64,000 bases of DNA from Selaginella moellendorffii (lineage: Eukaryota; Plantae; Lycopodiophyta), in the NCBI RefSeq assembly GCF_000143415.4, contig NW_003314330.1, positions 434,001-498,000 on the forward strand. Direction: 5' to 3'. Made by a program: the position numbers and the translations under genes. Shown here one piece after another: positions 61,564 through 64,000 of this stretch (positions within the stretch are counted from its first letter, which is position 1; every line of letters begins with the position of its first letter). The notes beneath the pieces are model-generated. The model saw nothing but the letters and a program-made list of their open reading frames with translations, was not told where the DNA came from and did not search any database.

Positions 61564-64000
61564 TGTGAGGGCCAAGTATACGGCTACGATGCCATATACT
61601 AATATTTAGTGGGATTTTGGTAGCCATCGGATTGGTTTCAATCCGGACCACTCGCTCCTATATATAAGCTAAGGTTTTTGGGCTAATTAATATATATATT
61701 TTCTGTATTCCCTTTCCATATTTTAAGCACTCACATTGGTGGAGATGAGGGGCACTTTTAATTGTCCCTGAGGAGTGCTTGAATTTGGGATTTTTGTTTA
61801 GATTTAACTTTTGCATCTTTTAGATCTAGCTTTTTCTATTTGCTTTATTTTATTCTTCCCTTTCAGGATTTTGGTTTAGATTTAGCTTGTTGCATTGTTT
61901 AGATCTCCCATTTCCTTTTCACTTTTTGTCGTTTCTCTTCTTTTGCTCTTTCTTCGTCCATCTTCATGGTAGATCAGCAATCTCCTCCTTTGACTTTGGA
62001 GCAGCAGTTGGTACAATTGCTTGATGCTATGTGCTTACAATTGAATAATCAAACTCAATTGATGGCAATGTTCACAGCACGTGGTACAACTCTTCTTACT
62101 CTTGGTGATAATCCTCGTGTTCGGCCAGAGTTCTTTCGCAGAAATCCTAGGGATGATGTGTACCATTGGTTCAATCACTTCACCATGATTGCCACATATT
62201 ATTCTTGGGATGATGCTCAACGTTTGCGTGAGTTTCCCACGTGTCTCCAAGGGATGGCATTGCAATAGTACAATGGTCTGAGCACAGCCACTCGTGGGGA
62301 TTGGAGTGTTCTCCCAGACATCTTCAAACGTGCCTTCGGACATGTCAACAATGGTGATGATGCCTTCCAACAATTGCATCATCTTCACCAAGGGCCATAT
62401 GAGTCAGTGATGCAATTTGGCATTTGTTTCCGAAGTCTTTTGCTTCGTGCGGAGTCAAATATGTCGAAGCAGATCAAGCTAGGAATGTTGTGGCCAGCAT
62501 TTCGTCAAAATCTTGTCAGACTTGTGCATGCACTTGCTCCTGCCACCCTTGACGATGCTCTTCACTTGGCACAATGTTATGAAACGTCACCTCTTCCACT
62601 TCTTGCTGCCTGTCCTTCAGCTCCCCTTCCTATGGGTGATGGTCCTATTCCAATGGAGGTTGATGCTATTGTTGCTCGACCAAGGACAAGGGCGAGGATG
62701 TGGTTGTGGCCATGATGTTCGCTGCTGGGCCTGTGATGAAGTTGGTCATACTTATCGGCGCTATCGGCGTTTTCCGGATTGGTGACCTCCATTTCCTGGG
62801 TGGAGACCTTAGCGTCAGCAATGTCATATTGGTGTTGCTGCAGTGGAAGGTTTGGACATTGAGATGCATCCAGGAAACGAGGAGTTGCACGAGTAATGGA
62901 GGGACCTTGCGCGAATAAGTCAGTGACCCTTCCATCTTTCTTTTGGGAGTATCATCAAGGGTTCATTCGGTACCGGTTCATCCAGTGTTTACTTTCCAAG
63001 CTTGTTTTTATAACAAGAGGTCTCCTATTATTCTCTCTGTGTTGGTTGATACAGGTTCGAGTTTATTTTCTATTGCTTGACCTGTTGCCACATGTTGCCG
63101 TCTACACTTGCGTCGTGCAGCAGAACCAGTTTTCATTCTTTATAGCAACAGCCGTACACATGCATGTGCACGGGATGAGGCAAACCTAGTTGTGCGTGTG
63201 GGCGATCTCGAGCTTGAGTTGCAGTCATTACGGGTGGTGCCGAGTCAAGCTTTTGACCTCATTCTTGGTATAGATTTGTTGTAGCGCAATCATGCCAAAT
63301 GTGACTTTGAGGCTTCTCCCCCTTGTCTCATACTTCCTTATGTTACATCCATTCCTCTCACTTCCATACCACTTTGTCCCTATACTTCTACCTCTGCTTC
63401 CATTACTTTTGTTCCCCCACTATTTCCTCCTATGTTTTCATCTTGTTCTGCTCTTCCCTTTTCCGATCCCTCCGATAGTCTTTGTGTTGCAGCGGTTGAC
63501 TAGCTCATGAAAGAGTATTCTAATCTCTTTGAATTTGATCTATCGTCTGGGGCCAAAATTGCCACACATCATCCCATTCCAACCGAGGATGCTCGTCCAA
63601 TCAAGGTTCCTATTTGTTATGGGTCACCCAAGGAGATCAAGATTTTACATGCAAATGTCAAGGAGATGTTGGAGAAGGGTGTTATTTAGAAGTCGCAGGG
63701 TCCTTGGGCATGTGAACCTCATCTTGTGACGAAACCTGATGGGAGTATTCGTTTCTGCATCGACTATCATCCGTTAAACGAAGTGACGATCCCAGATGTG
63801 TACCCTCTTCCTCACACTGCTGATCTCTTGGATCGTTTGGGGCGAAGTCGTTGGTTCACCAAGCTAGATCTTGCTTCTGGGTACTAGCAAGTACTGATGG
63901 CCGAAGAAGATATTCCTAAGATTTCTTTTCATACCCTGTTTGGTTTGTATGAGTTCTTGGTGATGCCGTTTGGTTTGAACAATGCTCCAGCAACTTTCCA
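61564..64000 (+). mobile_element. Ty3/gypsy retrotransposon (5' LTR, PBS, gag, PR, RT with stops), runs off the window
   Basis: LTR ~61564-61735 ends CA; PBS TGGTGGAGATGAGGGG; gag PEFF...W...LQG.A, PMEVDA, degenerate Zn knuckle; RT RFCIDY..LN...[24 protein letters not shown]. Confidence 0.9.

Overview
Eukaryotic plant genomic DNA, most likely a lycophyte such as Selaginella (inferred from ~50-90 nt GT-AG introns, compact gene spacing and TE content). A gene island (~16.7-42 kb) lies between two nested-retroelement regions. Genes: a head-to-head pair of intronless receptor-like kinases whose ectodomains are complete Kissper+Kiwellin modules fused to non-RD kinase domains; an RBOH NADPH oxidase directly convergent with them; a CLB1/SYT7-type SMP-C2 protein; a DUF1499 protein; a ~4.1 kb tandem duplication giving two CYP72-clan P450s and a broken SWEET copy, joined by a copia gag filler; a SWEET with a very long Pro-rich tail; and an uncharacterised multi-exon gene. 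At 49.2-51.0 kb, invisible to the ORF track, is a 4-copy array of 3-exon secreted 6-Cys Pin-II-like peptide genes (1 intact, 3 decayed). TEs: a young non-coding 7.6 kb LTR element with TSD, a 5S-rRNA-bearing Cassandra-type TRIM, a chimeric LTR joining those two families, Helentron-like short elements, Ty3/gypsy remnants with a tRNA-Ala-type PBS, a decayed copia and an L1-like LINE. Best candidates for undescribed biology: the paired Kiwellin receptor kinases next to RBOH, the 6-Cys Pin-II-like peptides, and the Cassandra/large-LTR chimera. All calls are by eye; no searches were run.
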